Both the position numbers and the translations under genes were made by a program. Of a DNA stretch of 64,000 bases, positions 60,984 through 64,000 are shown piece by piece (the stretch's first letter is position 1; every line of letters begins with the position of its first letter). The notes beneath the pieces are model-generated. The model made no database searches and had not been told where the DNA came from. It saw only the letters and a program-made list of their open reading frames with translations. Where the stretch lies: the NCBI GenBank assembly GCA_024137785.1, contig JAHRHZ010000116.1:1-64000 (forward strand), read 5' to 3'. The stretch comes from Ginglymostoma cirratum. Its lineage: Eukaryota.

Positions 60984-63900
60984 GTGGAGTCGGCGGCCTC
61001 CTATTGTTCAGCGGCGGGAGTCGAGAGAGTGTGAGGGGACTGCTGCTTTTCACTTTGAGGGACTTGCCTCGTGGAGTCGGCGGCCTCCGTTTGTTCAGCG
61101 GCGGGAGTCGGGTGAGAGTGCGAGGAGACTGCTGGGAAGGTTTAGTAGGAGCGGACACGGGACGGCTGAGTGAGCAAGGTGATATATTTGGGCGGTTGCT
61201 TTACTCTAAACACTACTTAGGTAGTGCTCCCACCAATCCTCCTCCTCTAACCATAAAAAAAGGTTCTGAGCGCCGATTTGCAAGGTCACAATTTTTTTTC
61301 CTCTCTCAATAGTCTGTTTGGGAATTCAGAACAGTGGGAATGGATGTTAGGGCAGTTGCATGCTGCTCCTGTAGAATGTGGGAGGTAAGGGACACCACTA
61401 GTGTCCCCACTTACTTCATCTGCGGGAAGTACACCCAACTCCAGCTCCTTGGAAACCACGTTAGGGAACTGGAGCTGGAGCTGGATGAAGTTTGGATCAT
61501 TCGGGAGGCCAAGGGGGTAATTGAGAGGAGTTACAGGGAGGTAGTCACACCTCAGGTACAGGAAAAAAAGTATATTGGTTACAGTCAGGGGACGGAAATG
61601 GAACAGGCAGACAGTGCTGGGATCCCCGGGGCCATTCCCCTCAATAACAAGTATACCGTTTTGGATACTGTTGGGGGAGATGACTTACCAGGGGAAAGCC
61701 ATAGGGCACAGGTCTCTGGCACCGAGTCTGTCCCTGTTGGTCAGAATGGAAGGGGGGAGAGGAGGAGAGCATTAGTCAATGGGAACTCCATACTTAGGGG
61801 GACAGAAAGGAGAATCAGTGGGAATGAGAGAGGCTCGCGGTTGGTGTGTTGCCTCCCAGGTGCCAGGGTCTGTGATGTCTCGGATCGTGTTTTCGGGATC
61901 CTTAAAGGGGAGGGTGAGCAGCCCCAAGTCGTGGTCCACATAGGCACCAAAGACATAGGTAGAAAAAGCGATGGGGACATAATGCAGAAATTCAAGGAGC
62001 TAGGGTGGAAGCTTAGAGCTAGAATAAGCAGAGTTGTTATCTCTGGTTTGTAACCCGTGCCACGTGCTAGCGAGGCGAGGAATAGAGAGAGAGAGCAGTT
62101 GAACACGTGGCTACAAGGATGGTGCAGGAGGGAGGGGCTCAGATACCTGGACAATTGGGGCTCATTCTGGGGTAGGTGGGACCTCTGCAAACGGGATGGT
62201 CTACACCTGAACCAGAGAGGTAGCAATATCCTGGGGGTGGGGGGGGGGTGGGGGGGGAGGTTGCAGGGAATTTGTTAATGTTCTTCGGGAGGGTTTAAAC
62301 TAATTCAGCAGGGGGTTGGGAACCTGAATTGTAGCTCCAGTGAACAGGAGGTTGAGAGTAGGGAGGTCACAAATATGGTTTCAAGGTTGCAGGAGTGTAC
62401 CAGCAGGCAGGAAGGTGGTTTGAAGTGTGTCTACTTCAACGCCAGGAGCATCCGGAATAAGGTGTGTGAACTTGCAGCATGGGTTGGTACTTGGGACTTT
62501 GACGTTGTGGCCATTTCTGAGACATGGATAGAGCAGGGACAAGAATGGTTGTTGCAGGTTCTGGTATTTAGATGTTTCAGTAAGATCAGGGAGGTGGTAA
62601 AAGAGGGGGAGATGTGGCATTGTTAGTCAAGGACAGTATTAAGGTGGCAGAAAGTATGTTTGATGAGGACTCGTCTACTGAGGTAGTCTGGGCTGAGGTT
62701 AGAAACTGCAAAGGAGAGGTCACCCTGTTGGTGGTTTTCTACAGGCCTCCGAAAAGTTCCAGAGATGTAGAGGAAAAGATTGCAAAGATGATTCTGTATA
62801 GGAGCAAAAGTAACAGGGTAGTTGTTATGGGGTACATTAACTTTCCAAATATTGACTGGAAACGCTATAGTTCGAGTACTTTAGATGGGTCAGTTTTTGT
62901 TCAATGTGCGCAGGAGGGTTTCCTGACACAGTATGTAGATGGGCCAAAAAAAGGCGAGGCAACATTGGATTTGGTACTGGGTAACGAAACAGGCCAGGTG
63001 TTAGAATTGGAGGTAGGTGAGCACATCGGTGATAGTGACCACAATTCGGTTACGTTTAATTTAGCGATGGAAACGGATTGTTATATACCGCAGGGCAAGA
63101 GTTATAGCGAAGGGAAAGGCAATTATGAGGCGATTAGGCAAGAATTGGGATACATAGGATGGGAAGGAAACTGCAAGGGCTGGGCACAATTAAAATGTGG
63201 AGCTTGTTCAAGGAACAGGTGCTGCGTGTCCTTGATAAATATGTACCTGTCAGGCAGGGAGGAAGTGGTCGAGCGAGGGAACCATGATTTACTAAAAAAG
63301 TTGAATCTCTTGTCAAGAGGAAGAAGGAGGCTTATGTAAAGATGAGGTGTGAAGGCTCGATGAGGGCGCTTGAGAGTTACAAGTTAGCCAGGAAGGACCT
63401 AAAGAGAGAACTAAGAAGAGTCAGGAGGGGACATGAGAAATCTTTGGCAGGTAGGATCAAGGAAAACCCTAAAACTTTCTATAGGCATGTCAGGAATAAA
63501 AGAATGACTAGGGTAAGATTAGGGCCAGTCACGGGCAGTAGTGGGAAGTTGTGTGTGGAGTATGAAGAGATAGGAGAGGCACTAAATGAATATTTTTCGT
63601 TAGTATTCACACATGAAAAAGATAATGTTGTCGAGGAGACTGCTGAGATACAGGATATTAGACTAGACTTGATTGAGGTTCATAAGGACGAAGTGTTAAC
63701 AATTCTTGAAAGTGTGAAAATAGATAAGTCCCCGGGACAGAAGGGATTTATCCTAGGATTCTCTAGGAAGCTAGGGATGCAATTGCAAAGTCTTTGGCTT
63801 TGATCTTTATGTCGTCATTGTCTACAGGAATAGTACCAGAAGACTGGAGGATAGCAAATGTTGTCCCCTTGCTCAAGAAGGGGAGTAGAGACAACCCTGG

Positions 63901-64000
63901 TAATTAAAGACCAGTGAGCCTTACTTCGCTTGTGGGAAAAGTGTTGGAAAGGATTATAAGAGAAAGGATTTATAATCATCTAGAAAGGAATAATTTGATT
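60984..64000 (+). mobile_element. CR1 LINE (5' UTR with a 40-bp direct repeat, ORF1, endonuclease, start of RT), runs off the window
   Basis: CCSCRMWEV, CLPGARV, VVVHIGTKD, DGLHLN, YFNARSIRNK, FYRPP, GDSDHN motifs. Repeat gtggagtcggcggcctcc...gggagtcg at about 60984 and 61071. Confidence 0.92.

Noticed and set aside
1-64000. CRISPR arrays, rRNA, bona fide tRNA genes or prokaryotic operons
   Set aside because: None seen. The DNA is vertebrate, and the tRNA-like A/B boxes belong to SINE heads.

Overview
Eukaryotic genomic DNA from a cartilaginous fish. HE1-type SINEs, CR1 LINEs and Penelope-type repeats point to a shark, so the intron-blind ORF track is mostly noise. The window holds two intact two-exon class A GPCR paralogues of the GPR139/GPR142-like type (minus strand; 6673-6604+3420-2519 and 49850-49781+44973-44075). 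It also has one open 11-finger C2H2 zinc-finger exon and three decayed ZF arrays. There are four T-cell-receptor alpha/delta-type V segments in both orientations. Three of them end in a 23-bp-spacer RSS, and all four carry lesions. The V segments are interleaved with the GPCR and ZF genes. Most of the rest is retroelement DNA: several CR1 LINEs, a Gmr1-like Gypsy gag with LTR and tRNA-Pro PBS, HE1 SINEs, and Penelope-like GIY-YIG elements. The Penelope 3' ends carry minimal hammerhead-ribozyme motifs, and two of these exist as tiny (73 and 114 bp) TSD-flanked insertions. Other notable items are a 157-bp near-perfect copy of GPCR exon 2 inside its own intron, a 30-bp upstream block conserved between the GPCR paralogues, and a ~150-bp fold-back palindrome. 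All family assignments come from motif recognition by eye; no searches were run.
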